DNA of 64,000 nucleotides from Escherichia coli (GTDB lineage Bacteria; Pseudomonadota; Gammaproteobacteria; Enterobacterales; Enterobacteriaceae): NCBI RefSeq assembly GCF_050920415.1, contig NZ_CP169309.1; one strand, 5' to 3'. Shown piece by piece: positions 51,392 to 64,000 of this stretch (position 1 is its first letter; each line of letters starts with the position of its first letter). The notes under the pieces were generated by a model. It saw only the letters and a program-made list of their open reading frames with translations, ran no database searches and was not told where the DNA came from. The position numbers and the translations under genes were made by a program.

Positions 51392-53056
51392 TCAGGCTAC
51401 CTTTTCGACAGAAACGTCGACATCAGGGCGGTTGAGTGTCATCACGGACGCCAGTTTATTCAGCGTATTACCCAGAGTTTGCGGAATGGCGATGGCGGCA
51501 ACAAAGCGATCCGGGCGCATCACCACCAGCGAAGCATTATGTTGTGCGAACCAGCTACGCAGGCGACCTTGCGTATCGCCCACGCGCAGCACGCCGTCGT
51601 AGTTATCCTGCGCGGTATGAATTTGCACATCCGGCACCACCTGAATGAAGCGAGTACCCAGCGCGCGCCATTGCTGGATTTGCTCATCGCTCATCCCCCA
51701 CAGTGGATTGCATCCCCAGCCAATTACCGCGAAGTTCGCGCCGATCGCGTTATCGAGCAACGTCACGTCGCCGTTTTCCAGCGTGACTTTCGGCTGAATA
51801 AACATCTTGCCGACCGGAGAGTGCTTCGCTTCGCCTTCACGCACCAGCGCACCGGCGTAATATTGCGGCATCGGCTTGAAGCGCATTTCGAGAAAGTAGC
51901 GTTTTACTGGCGGTAGATAATTCAGCAGCCAGGAAACACCGTCACGTAACGTACCCTGCCAGCGTTTCGGCGGAGCCAGTACGTTGCCCGCCGTCACCGA
52001 CAGATCAATCATCGCTTTGGCGTGATCGCGACGTTCTTGTTGATAGGTATCGAGCAGCGCATCGCGAGCTTTCCCCTGGATAACCAACGCCAGTTTCCAG
52101 GCGAGGTTAAAGGCGTCGCGCATACCACTGTTATAGCCCTGCCCCTGCCACACCGGCATGATATGTGCGGCATCGCCCGCCAGCAGTACGCGGTCAATAC
52201 GAAAACGTTGTGCCAGTCGCGCGTTGTGGGTGTAGACACGCTGGCGAATCAACTCGACGTTGTCCGGATTAGGCAGCACTTTGCTTAACAGCTTGCGCAT
52301 ATTTTGCGGCTCGCGGAGCTGTTCTTCGGTTTCGCCCGGCATCACCATAAATTCAAAGCGACGTACCGCATGAGGCAGAGCCGCAGAAACATACGGGCGC
52401 ACCGGATCGCAACACAAATAGATATGCGGCGTACTTAACGGATCGTTGGCGATATCCACCACAATCCACTGATTTGGTGCGGTTTTACCTTCAAACGGCA
52501 CATTCAGGGTGCGCCGGACAAAACTTGCTCCACCGTCACAGGCTACCAGCCACTGGGCTTTGACCGTTTCCCGCTGCCCTTCTGCCGTTTTCAGATACAA
52601 GGTCACTTCGTCATCTTGCTGGCTAAAGGCCTCCAGCTCGCGGGAAAACAGGCAGCGCACATTCGGAAACCGCGATAACCCTTCCAGCATCACCGCATCG
52701 ACCTGCGGCTGAATAAAGGCGTTACGACGCGGCCAGCCAAATTCATCGGTCATTGGCTGAATATCAGCAAAACAGCGGCCTTTTGGGGTAAGAAAACGCA
52801 TCGCATGCCACGGCGTAGTGTGCGGCAGAACATTATCGACAAGGCCAACCGACTGCATGGTGCGCAGCGCCTCGTCATCAATTCCAATCGCGCGTGGATA
52901 GTCGATCAACTTATCGAGTTTCTCCACCACCAGCACGTCAATGCCCATCTGGCCGAGATAGTTCGCCATCATCAGCCCGACCGGACCGGCACCAGCGATC
53001 GCCACCTGAACGCAATGGTTAACAGCAGGCTGGATGTCAGGGTGTTGTATTGCCAT
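51392..53056 (-). CDS. mhpA: 3-(3-hydroxyphenyl)propionate hydroxylase MhpA (554 aa)
   Basis: FAD-binding GxGxxG ([12 protein letters not shown]) flavin monooxygenase. Confidence 0.93.
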   Translation of the reverse strand: MAIQHPDIQPAVNHCVQVAIAGAGPVGLMMANYLGQMGIDVLVVEKLDKLIDYPRAIGIDDEALRTMQSVGLVDNVLPHTTPWHAMRFLTPKGRCFADIQPMTDEFGWPRRNAFIQPQVDAVMLEGLSRFPNVRCLFSRELEAFSQQDDEVTLYLKTAEGQRETVKAQWLVACDGGASFVRRTLNVPFEGKTAPNQWIVVDIANDPLSTPHIYLCCDPVRPYVSAALPHAVRRFEFMVMPGETEEQLREPQNMRKLLSKVLPNPDNVELIRQRVYTHNARLAQRFRIDRVLLAGDAAHIMPVWQGQGYNSGMRDAFNLAWKLALVIQGKARDALLDTYQQERRDHAKAMIDLSVTAGNVLAPPKRWQGTLRDGVSWLLNYLPPVKRYFLEMRFKPMPQYYAGALVREGEAKHSPVGKMFIQPKVTLENGDVTLLDNAIGANFAVIGWGCNPLWGMSDEQIQQWRALGTRFIQVVPDVQIHTAQDNYDGVLRVGDTQGRLRSWFAQHNASLVVMRPDRFVAAIAIPQTLGNTLNKLASVMTLNRPDVDVSVEKVA

Positions 53057-53197
53057 TTCAGTACCTCACGACTCGGAAAAAATGCCGTTGCGCGCACAGT
53101 TCAACGCAACTTATTTTGTTAAAAACATGTGAATGATTTTTTATTGTGCGCTCAGTATAGGAAGGGTGTTTTCGGCTACAATCGAAACATGCCTGAG

Positions 53198-53214
53198 TGT
53201 GCACCAAGTGCACA
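53198..53214. promoter_or_regulatory. Perfect 17-bp palindrome TGTGCAC-CAA-GTGCACA in the mhpR-mhpA divergent region (candidate MhpR operator)
   Basis: 7-bp perfect arms; sits between divergent mhpA and mhpR, where an IclR-type activator site is expected. Confidence 0.55.
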
Positions 53215-53246
53215 ACGTTGTTTTAACTATAGAAATGTCAATTAAT

Positions 53247-54080
53247 ATGCAGAAAGATGAGCAGACGGAATACAAAACCGTGCGCGGCTTAACCCGCGGT
53301 CTAATGTTATTAAATATGTTAAATAAACTCGATGGCGGTGCCAGCGTCGGGCTGCTGGCGGAGCTCAGCGGCCTGCATCGCACCACTGTGCGGCGACTGC
53401 TGGAAACGCTGCAGGAAGAGGGATATGTCCGGCGCAGTCCCTCCGATGACAGTTTTCGTCTGACCATCAAAGTGCGGCAATTAAGCGAAGGATTTCGTGA
53501 CGAACAATGGATTTCTGCACTGGCAGCCCCGCTGCTGGGCGATCTGTTGCGCGAAGTGGTATGGCCGACAGATGTGTCCACGCTGGATGTTGATGCAATG
53601 GTGGTACGCGAAACCACCCACCGTTTCAGCCGTTTATCCTTTCACCGGGCAATGGTCGGGCGACGTTTACCGCTTCTGAAAACCGCCTCGGGCCTGACCT
53701 GGCTGGCCTTTTGCCCGGAACAAGAACGCAAGGAGTTAATCGAAATGTTAGCCGCCCGCTCCGGTGATGACTATCAGCTGGCACGGGAGCCGTTAAAGCT
53801 GGAAGCCATTCTGGCGCGCGCACGCAAAGAGGGTTACGGACAGAACTATCGTGGCTGGGATCAGGAAGAGAAGATCGCCTCCATTGCCGTGCCCCTACGC
53901 AGTGAACAACGGGTGATTGGCTGTCTGAATCTGGTGTATATGGCGAGCGCAATGACCATCGAACAGGCAGCGGAAAAGCATCTTCCGGCGCTACAACGGG
54001 TAGCAAAACAGATCGAAGAAGGGGTTGAATCGCAGGCTATTCTGGTGGCCGGACGGCGAAGCGGCGTGCATTTACGCTAG
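53247..54080 (+). CDS. mhpR: IclR-family transcriptional activator MhpR (277 aa)
   Basis: Translation MQKDEQTEYKTVRGLTRGLMLLNML... IclR HTH plus effector domain; ORF-track start 53133 is an upstream extension. Confidence 0.9.
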   Translation: MQKDEQTEYKTVRGLTRGLMLLNMLNKLDGGASVGLLAELSGLHRTTVRRLLETLQEEGYVRRSPSDDSFRLTIKVRQLSEGFRDEQWISALAAPLLGDLLREVVWPTDVSTLDVDAMVVRETTHRFSRLSFHRAMVGRRLPLLKTASGLTWLAFCPEQERKELIEMLAARSGDDYQLAREPLKLEAILARARKEGYGQNYRGWDQEEKIASIAVPLRSEQRVIGCLNLVYMASAMTIEQAAEKHLPALQRVAKQIEEGVESQAILVAGRRSGVHLR

Positions 54081-54182
54081 TTGCGCCAATGTGTAATTTG
54101 GCCCATTCTCATCGTTATTCGCCCATTTGCCCACATGCACAGTACGGGCTGCACGCTACGCTAATGCCATCAATACTGTGAT

Positions 54183-54971
54183 GTGGAGCAAATCATGAAA
54201 ATTACTCAAATTCGTAATGCCACCCAAATTATCCAATACGCTGGCAAAACATTTCTTATTGACCCGTTACTCGCGCCTAAAGGAAGTTATCCGGGTTTTG
54301 CCGGAACGGCACGCGCAGAAATCCGCAATCCAACGGTAGAATTACCGTGCGATTTAACAACGTTACTCAACGTTGACGCCCTAATAGTGACCCATTTGCA
54401 TGAAGATCACTGGGACGAAACAGCCTCCCGCGTCGTCCCCAAAGATAAACTGATTTATGTGCAAAATGAGCAAGATGCTGAATCACTGCATAAACAAGGA
54501 TTTACGCATCTTACCGTACTTGCCGACGAGACTAAATTTGGCGATATTACTCTGCATAAAACGACAGGGCAGCACGGCTCCGATCGCACCTATGCAGACC
54601 CGGCTATGGCGAAGCGTTTAGGCGCAGCCTGCGGCGTTGTTTTCCAGCACCCGACAGAGAAAACGCTCTATCTGGCTGGCGATACCCTCTGGCGTGATGA
54701 CGTCGAGGCTACAATGCTAACTTTCCAACCAGAAGTGGTGGTGTTGAATGCCGGATTTGCGCATGTTCTGGGGCATGGCGCGATAATTATGGGAGCTGAA
54801 GATATTCTCAAAACACATTTTACCCTGCCAGAAGCGCAAATTGTCGCGACACATATGGAGGCCGTAAACCACTGTTTGCTGACGCGTGATGCGCTCAAGG
54901 AATACGCCAGAGATAATCAAATTATCGAATTTGTGAACGTACCAGAAGATGGTGAAACGTTGACATTCTAA
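54183..54971 (+). CDS. MBL-fold metallo-hydrolase (262 aa)
   Basis: HxHxDH motif (THLHEDHWDE) and downstream His/Asp ligands typical of the metallo-beta-lactamase superfamily; to my knowledge absent from K-12 at this position. Confidence 0.8.
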   Translation: MEQIMKITQIRNATQIIQYAGKTFLIDPLLAPKGSYPGFAGTARAEIRNPTVELPCDLTTLLNVDALIVTHLHEDHWDETASRVVPKDKLIYVQNEQDAESLHKQGFTHLTVLADETKFGDITLHKTTGQHGSDRTYADPAMAKRLGAACGVVFQHPTEKTLYLAGDTLWRDDVEATMLTFQPEVVVLNAGFAHVLGHGAIIMGAEDILKTHFTLPEAQIVATHMEAVNHCLLTRDALKEYARDNQIIEFVNVPEDGETLTF

Positions 54972-54990
54972 TTCGGAGATAAAGAGTGTT

Positions 54991-55944
54991 ATGCGCCCGC
55001 TAACTGTTGCCATTATCGCCGTTGCCGGTTTTAGTCCTTTTCACCTTTCCGTACCGTTTATCGTGTTTAGCGAAAAAATGGCGGAGAAAAAACGCTTTCA
55101 TGTAATTATCTGCGCTGAAAAGCCGGGAAATGTGGACTCTGCCGATGGGTTTTCCGTAACCGCCACCCATGACTATACGGCAGTCATCCAGGCGGATATT
55201 GTGATAATTCCTTACTGGGGAACAATTACACAAAAACCGCCACAAAAACTGCTGGAAGCCTTAACGACCGCACGAGATAACGGGGCACAGATTGTCGGGC
55301 TTTGCCTGGGCACGTTTGTGCTCGGCTATGCAGGTTTACTGAACAATAAGCGTGCTGCCACGCACTGGGAGTTCGAGCGTGAATTTCAGGCACGTTTTCC
55401 ACAAACACATCTGGATATTAACGCGTTGTATGTAGACGATGATGGCATTATTACCTCTGCCGGTACTGCCGCGGCGCTGGATTGCTGTTTGTATATTGTT
55501 CGGCAACATTTTGGCAGCGACTATGCTAACCATATTGCCCGACGGATGGTCGTACCGCCATATCGCACCGGCGGTCAGGCGCAGTTTATAGAGCAACCGG
55601 TGCCGAAAAATACCCATGATGAACGCATTAACCTCCTGCTGGATTACCTGCGGCAAAACATTGCGCAACAGCATGATCTCGACTCGCTGGCTCAGCGAGT
55701 AATGATGAGTCGCCGCACACTAACCCGTCATTTTATGAAAGCGACCGGTTCGAGTATCGCCGAATGGCTCATCACTGAACGCTTACGCCGTAGCCAGGAA
55801 CTGTTGGGATCCAGTCAGTTGCCCGTTGAGCGGATAGCGGCTGAGGTGGGTTTTCTCTCACCTGTGACCTGGCGTCAGCATTTTAAATCTCACTTCGGCG
55901 TCAGCCCCGCAGAATGGCGCAAAACCTTTCGTGGTATGGCATGA
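54991..55944 (+). CDS. GlxA-like AraC-family transcriptional regulator (DJ-1/PfpI-like N-terminal domain plus AraC HTH; 317 aa)
   Basis: N-terminal class-I glutamine amidotransferase-like fold (IVGLCLGTFVLGYAGLL) and C-terminal AraC HTH (RRTLTRHFMKATGSSIAEW...WRQHFKSHFGVSP). Confidence 0.8.
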   Translation: MRPLTVAIIAVAGFSPFHLSVPFIVFSEKMAEKKRFHVIICAEKPGNVDSADGFSVTATHDYTAVIQADIVIIPYWGTITQKPPQKLLEALTTARDNGAQIVGLCLGTFVLGYAGLLNNKRAATHWEFEREFQARFPQTHLDINALYVDDDGIITSAGTAAALDCCLYIVRQHFGSDYANHIARRMVVPPYRTGGQAQFIEQPVPKNTHDERINLLLDYLRQNIAQQHDLDSLAQRVMMSRRTLTRHFMKATGSSIAEWLITERLRRSQELLGSSQLPVERIAAEVGFLSPVTWRQHFKSHFGVSPAEWRKTFRGMA

Positions 55945-55945
55945 T
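55917..55945 (+). promoter_or_regulatory. lacI promoter (-35 GCGCAA, -10 CATGAT) inside the 3-prime end of the upstream AraC-family gene
   Basis: Sequence GAATGGCGCAAAACCTTTCGTGGTATGGCATGATAGCGCCCGGAAGA matches the classical lacI promoter; the -35 is the site of the lacIq mutation. Confidence 0.75.
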
Positions 55946-55980
55946 AGCGCCCGGAAGAAAGTCAATTCAGGGTGGTGAAT

Positions 55981-57063
55981 GTGAAACCAGTAACGCTATA
56001 CGATGTCGCGGAGTATGCCGGTGTCTCTTATCAGACCGTTTCGCGCGTGGTGAATCAGGCCAGCCACGTTTCAGCGAAAACGCGGGAAAAAGTGGAAGCG
56101 GCGATGGCGGAGCTAAATTACATTCCCAACCGCGTAGCACAACAGTTAGCGGGCAAACAGTCGTTGCTGATTGGCGTTGCCACCTCCAGTCTGGCCCTGC
56201 ACGCACCGTCGCAAATTGTCGCGGCGATTAAATCTCGCGCCGATCAACTGGGTGCCAGCGTGGTGGTGTCGATGGTAGAAAGAAGCGGTGTCGAAGCCTG
56301 TAAAGCGGCAGTACACAATCTTCTCGCGCAACGCGTAAGTGGTCTGATCATCAACTATCCGCTGGATGACCAGGATGCCATTGCTGTGGAGGCAGCCTGC
56401 GCTAATGTTCCGGCGCTATTTCTTGATGTCTCTGACCAGACTCCCATCAACAGTATTATTTTTTCCCATGAAGACGGTACGCGGCTGGGCGTAGAGCATT
56501 TGGTCGCATTGGGTCACCAGCAAATCGCGCTGTTAGCGGGCCCATTAAGTTCTGTCTCGGCGCGTCTGCGTCTGGCGGGCTGGCATAAATATCTTAAACA
56601 CAATCAAATTCAACCGATAGCGGAACGGGAAGGCGACTGGAGCGCCATGTCCGGTTTTCATCAAACCATGCAGATGCTGAATGAGTGCATCATTCCTACC
56701 GCGATGCTGGTTGCCAACGATCAGATGGCGCTGGGTGCAATGCGCGCCATTACCGAGTTCGGGCTGCGCGTCGGCGCGGATATCTCGGTAGTGGGATACG
56801 ACGATACCGAAGACAGCTCGTGTTATATCCCGCCATTAACGACCATCAAACAGGATTTTCGCCTGCTTGGGCAAACCAGCGTGGACCGCTTGCTGCAACT
56901 CTCTCAGGGGCAGGCAGTGAAGGGCAATCAGCTGTTGCCCGTCTCACTGGTGAAACGAAAAACCACCCTGCCACCCAATACGCAAACCGCTTCTCCCCAG
57001 GCGTTGGCTGATTCCTTAATGCAGCTGGCGCGACAAATTTCCCGACTGGAAAGCGAGCAGTGA
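55981..57063 (+). CDS. lacI: Lactose operon repressor LacI (360 aa; GTG start)
   Basis: Translation VKPVTLYDVAEYAGVSYQTVSRVVNQ...; ends ...RLESEQ (K-12 ends ...RLESGQ). Confidence 0.97.
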   Translation: MKPVTLYDVAEYAGVSYQTVSRVVNQASHVSAKTREKVEAAMAELNYIPNRVAQQLAGKQSLLIGVATSSLALHAPSQIVAAIKSRADQLGASVVVSMVERSGVEACKAAVHNLLAQRVSGLIINYPLDDQDAIAVEAACANVPALFLDVSDQTPINSIIFSHEDGTRLGVEHLVALGHQQIALLAGPLSSVSARLRLAGWHKYLKHNQIQPIAEREGDWSAMSGFHQTMQMLNECIIPTAMLVANDQMALGAMRAITEFGLRVGADISVVGYDDTEDSSCYIPPLTTIKQDFRLLGQTSVDRLLQLSQGQAVKGNQLLPVSLVKRKTTLPPNTQTASPQALADSLMQLARQISRLESEQ

Positions 57064-57076
57064 GCGCAACGCAATT
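57056..57076. promoter_or_regulatory. lac operator O3
   Basis: GCAGTGAGCGCAACGCAATT overlapping the lacI stop. Confidence 0.8.
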
Positions 57077-57098
57077 AATGTGAGTCAGCTCACTCATT
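57077..57098. promoter_or_regulatory. CRP (CAP) binding site of the lac promoter
   Basis: AATGTGAGTCAGCTCACTCATT; one substitution relative to the K-12 site TGTGAGTTAGCTCAC. Confidence 0.8.
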
Positions 57099-57111
57099 AG
57101 GCACCCCAGGC

Positions 57112-57141
57112 TTTACACCTGATGTGTCCGACTCGTATGTT
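57112..57141 (+). promoter_or_regulatory. lac promoter (-35 TTTACA, 18-bp spacer, -10 TATGTT)
   Basis: Hexamers identical to the K-12 lacP1 hexamers; spacer sequence diverged. Confidence 0.8.
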
Positions 57142-57147
57142 GTATGA

Positions 57148-60260
<3,113 letters not shown>

Positions 60261-60266
60261 TAATAA

Positions 60267-61565
<1,299 letters not shown>

Positions 61566-61574
61566 GCAATCAAT

Positions 61575-61605
61575 GTCGGATGCGGCGCGAGCGCCTTATC
61601 CGACC
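61575..61605. repeat. REP element in the lacY-lacA intergenic region
   Basis: GTCGGATGCGGCGCGAGCGCCTTATCCGACC. Confidence 0.6.
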
Positions 61606-61630
61606 AACATATCAGGACGGAATGATCGCA

Positions 61631-62242
61631 ATGAACATGCCAATGACAGAAAGAATAAAAGCAGGCAAGCTATTTACCGATATGTGCGAAGGCTTACCGG
61701 AAAAAAGACTTCGTGGGAAAACGTTAATGTATGAGTTTAATCACTCGCATCCATCAGAAGTTGAAAAAAGGGAAAGCCTGCTTAAAGAAATGTTTGCCAC
61801 GGTAGGGGAAAACGCCTGGGTAGAACCACCCGTCTATTTCTCTTACGGTTCCAACATCCATATAGGCCGCAATTTTTACGCAAATTTCAATTTAACCATT
61901 GTCGATGACTACACGGTAACAATCGGTGATAACGTATTGATTGCACCCAATGTTACTCTTTCCGTTACGGGACACCCTGTACACCATGAATTAAGAAAAA
62001 ACGGAGAGATGTACTCTTTTGCGATAACGATTGGTAATAACGTCTGGATCGGCAGCCATGTGGTCATTAATCCAGGCGTCACCATCGGGGATAATTCTGT
62101 TATTGGCGCGGGAAGTGTCGTCACAAAAGACATTCCACCAAACGTCGTAGCTGCAGGCATTCCTTGTCGGGTTATTCGCGAAATAAACGACCGGGATAAG
62201 CAATATTATTTCAAAGATTTTAAAGTTGAATCGCCAGTTTAA
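61631..62242 (+). CDS. lacA: Galactoside O-acetyltransferase LacA (203 aa)
   Basis: Translation MNMPMTERIKAGKLFTDMCEGLPEKRLRGK...; hexapeptide-repeat left-handed beta-helix; ORF-track start 61580 runs through the REP element. Confidence 0.93.
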   Translation: MNMPMTERIKAGKLFTDMCEGLPEKRLRGKTLMYEFNHSHPSEVEKRESLLKEMFATVGENAWVEPPVYFSYGSNIHIGRNFYANFNLTIVDDYTVTIGDNVLIAPNVTLSVTGHPVHHELRKNGEMYSFAITIGNNVWIGSHVVINPGVTIGDNSVIGAGSVVTKDIPPNVVAAGIPCRVIREINDRDKQYYFKDFKVESPV

Positions 62243-62254
62243 ATAAGCAAAATT

Positions 62255-62345
62255 GCCTGATGCGCTCCGCTTATCAGGCCTATAAGTTCAGTGATCTACG
62301 TAGGCCGCATCCGGCGTAAACAAAGCGCAGGAACGAGCGTCGCAT
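62255..62345. repeat. REP/BIME elements between lacA and cynX
   Basis: GCCTGATGCGCTCCGCTTATCAGGCCTAT and GTAGGCCGCATCCGGCG motifs. Confidence 0.6.
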
Positions 62346-63499
62346 CATGCCTCTTTGACCCACAGCTGCGGAAAACGTGCTGGTGCAAAACGCAGGGTTA
62401 TGATCATCAGCCCAACGACGCACAGCGCATGAAACGCCCAGTCCATCAGGTAATTGCCACTGATACTACGCAGCACACCAGAAAACCACGGAGCAAGCCC
62501 GGCAATGATAAAACCGATCCCCTGCATAAACGCCACCAGTTTGCCAGCAATAGCGGGTTGCGCAGAGTGATCGAGCGCCAGCAGCAAACAGAGCGGAAAT
62601 GCGCCACCCAGACCTAACCCACACACCATTGCCCACAATACCGGCAATTGCAGCGGCAGCCAGATAAAGCCGCAGAAACCCACCAGTTGTAACGCCAGTG
62701 CCAGCATTAATAGTTTGCGCCGATCCTGATGGCGAGCCATAGCAGGCATCAGCAATGCCCCTGCGGCTTGACCAAGCGTCATCAACGCCAGCAAGGAACC
62801 GCTGTACTGCGTGCTGGCACCGATCTCAATATAGAAGGCGGGTAACCAGGCAATCAGACTGGCGTAACCGCCGTTAATCAGACCGAAGTAAATACCCAGC
62901 GTCCAGGCGCGGGGAGTGAAGACTACGCGAACCGGAGTGGTTGTTGTCTTGTGGGAAGAGACGACCTCGCGGCAGCTTTGCCACCACCAGGCAAAGAGCG
63001 CAATAATGGCAGGCAGCGCCCACCAGGCGAGAGTCTGGAACCAAATCTCGCTGTGTTGAACTAACCAGGGCGTCAGGGCGGCACCAAGTCCACCGCCGCC
63101 CATCAGAGCCGCAGACCACAGCCCCATCACCAGTGGCGTGCGCTGCTGAAACCGCCGTTTAATCACCGAAGGCATCACCGCCTGAATGATGCCGACCCCC
63201 ACTCCACCGAGCAGTGCGCTGCTAAGCAGCAGCACACTTTGAGGGTAAAGCTCTCGCATCAATGCGCCGACGGCTATCAGCAACAAACTGATGGCGACGC
63301 TGCGACGTTCGCTGACATGCTGATGAAGCCAGCCTCCGACCAGCGCCAGCCCGCCCATGGTGACCACCGGCAGAGCCGTCAACAGGGCAGCCACGCTAAA
63401 GCTCATTCCGCTCGCCTGGCGCAATTGCGGTAGCAGTGGCCCGACGGAGGTGAGCAGTGGTCGCATATTAAGACCAATCAGCACCAGAACCAGCAGCAT
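62345..63499 (-). CDS. cynX: Cyanate transporter CynX (MFS, 384 aa)
   Basis: Translation MLLVLVLIGLNMRPLLTSVGPLLPQLRQASG... matches CynX. Confidence 0.9.
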   Translation of the reverse strand: MLLVLVLIGLNMRPLLTSVGPLLPQLRQASGMSFSVAALLTALPVVTMGGLALVGGWLHQHVSERRSVAISLLLIAVGALMRELYPQSVLLLSSALLGGVGVGIIQAVMPSVIKRRFQQRTPLVMGLWSAALMGGGGLGAALTPWLVQHSEIWFQTLAWWALPAIIALFAWWWQSCREVVSSHKTTTTPVRVVFTPRAWTLGIYFGLINGGYASLIAWLPAFYIEIGASTQYSGSLLALMTLGQAAGALLMPAMARHQDRRKLLMLALALQLVGFCGFIWLPLQLPVLWAMVCGLGLGGAFPLCLLLALDHSAQPAIAGKLVAFMQGIGFIIAGLAPWFSGVLRSISGNYLMDWAFHALCVVGLMIITLRFAPARFPQLWVKEA

Positions 63500-63531
63500 C
63501 GTGAACGTCTTTTGATGGTCGCGCATGGCTG

Positions 63532-64000
<469 letters not shown>

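Overview
This window reads as a contiguous enterobacterial (Escherichia coli-like) chromosomal segment running phoR/phoB - sbcDC - araJ - mak - rdgC - ppnP - aroM - yaiA - aroL - yaiI - proC - dgcC - psiF - phoA - iraP - ddlA - yaiZYW - sbmA - ampH - yaiV - yaiT - hemB - tauDCBA - frmRAB - yaiL - mhpT - mhpEFDCBA - mhpR - lacIZYA - cynX - cynS. Gene order matches the K-12 map as I remember it, in inverted orientation, but LacZ and several other proteins differ from K-12 at a few percent of residues, so this is a non-K-12 lineage. Coding density is high and almost every long ORF matches a known core gene; many overlapping antisense ORFs in the six-frame track are artefacts. I found no rRNA, tRNA, CRISPR array, IS element, integrase or prophage. 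Relative to my memory of K-12 there are four structural differences: (1) an AT-rich three-gene islet between rdgC and ppnP encoding a signal-peptide repeat protein and two small proteins of unknown function, which is the best candidate for something undescribed; (2) a UhpABC-like sensor module fused to an Afu/Fbp-type ABC transporter between tauA and frmR, where K-12 has yaiO-yaiS; (3) an MBL-fold hydrolase plus GlxA-like AraC regulator between mhpR and lacI, with the lacI promoter lying inside the regulator gene's 3-prime end; (4) an intact yaiT autotransporter. I also annotated pho boxes, the lac control elements, the frmR operator-promoter palindrome, an MhpR-type palindrome, an SD-sequestering hairpin in the tauA leader, and REP/BIME clusters. 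All identifications rest on reading the translations and sequence against remembered families; no database search was run. ORF-track coordinates include the stop codon, and coordinates of short non-coding sites may be off by 1-2 nt.
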